Origin: Pseudomonadota bacterium
Lineage (GTDB): Bacteria; Bdellovibrionota_G; JALEGL01; DATDPG01
DNA length: 49,204 nt
NCBI GenBank assembly: GCA_043804515.1
Contig: JAZDIZ010000091.1
Coordinates: forward strand, 1-49,204
Reading direction: 5' to 3'
The notes under the pieces: generated by a model
What the model was told of the DNA's origin: nothing
The model's input: only the letters and a program-made list of their open reading frames with translations
Databases searched by the model: none
Program-made: the position numbers and the translations under genes
Part shown: piece by piece, positions 48,946 through 49,204 of the stretch
Position numbering within the stretch: position 1 is the first letter of the stretch
Layout: the number at the start of each line of letters is the position of its first letter

Positions 48946-48965
48946 CAACCTTACCGGTAAGGTTG
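48946..48965. repeat. 20-bp perfect palindrome upstream of the HNH gene, same core as the intragenic copy
   Basis: CAACCTTACCGGTAAGGTTG. Confidence 0.9.
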
Positions 48966-49078
48966 CCCGACGAATCTCCCCCCTAAACAATTTCTGACAT
49001 TCCTTCCGAGGAGTCCAAGATCCATTGTCGAAACTAGTTCGATCCAAAGGATTGGGTTTTTCAGGAAGCTGCTAATCC

Positions 49079-49204
49079 TTAATTGTGCATTCTCAGGACG
49101 TTGTTCATGTGGAGTTGCAGCCTTGAGATGGGTGGCACGTTTCCGAGGCTACCATGGGGTCGTTGGTGGTTGTAGATCTGTAACCAGAGTTTGAGGTTTT
49201 CGGT
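49079..49204 (-). mobile_element. 3' end of an IS481-family transposase and element end (truncated by window)
   Basis: Manual translation TENLKLWLQIYNHQRPHGSLGNVPPISRLQLHMNNVLRMHN*; end begins TGT at 49084. Confidence 0.88.

Overview
GC-rich bacterial chromosomal window. The gene content suggests a deltaproteobacterial-type lineage (Bdellovibrionota/Myxococcota-like, inferred): two PilZ proteins, an FHA-sigma54 activator, an extra Hsp70 with a J-protein, a Ser/Thr kinase and a Bdellovibrio-type HNH gene. Housekeeping and envelope genes are mltD, add, rlpA, tmk-holB-tatD, suhB, clpB, an AI-2E transporter and a GldAFG/DUF4340 ABC operon; many secreted hypothetical proteins are interspersed. Features missing from the ORF track but readable in the sequence: a DUF4177-like gene with a probable CTG start, a 45-aa basic protein, an internally deleted threonine ammonia-lyase remnant, the 3' end of an IS481 transposase, and several dispersed structured intergenic repeats. 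Best candidates for novelty: (1) an HNH gene bracketed by imperfect inverted repeats, with the same 18-20 bp palindrome inside the gene and upstream; (2) an Omp85 barrel fused to a catalytically degenerate M1 peptidase fold, in a four-gene cluster; (3) a one-chain cNMP-fold/4x[4Fe-4S]/4-His membrane protein; (4) two dispersed four-Cys secreted paralogues; (5) a covarying intergenic repeat family. No tRNA, rRNA or CRISPR array was recognised. All family assignments come from motif recognition by eye; no database search was run.
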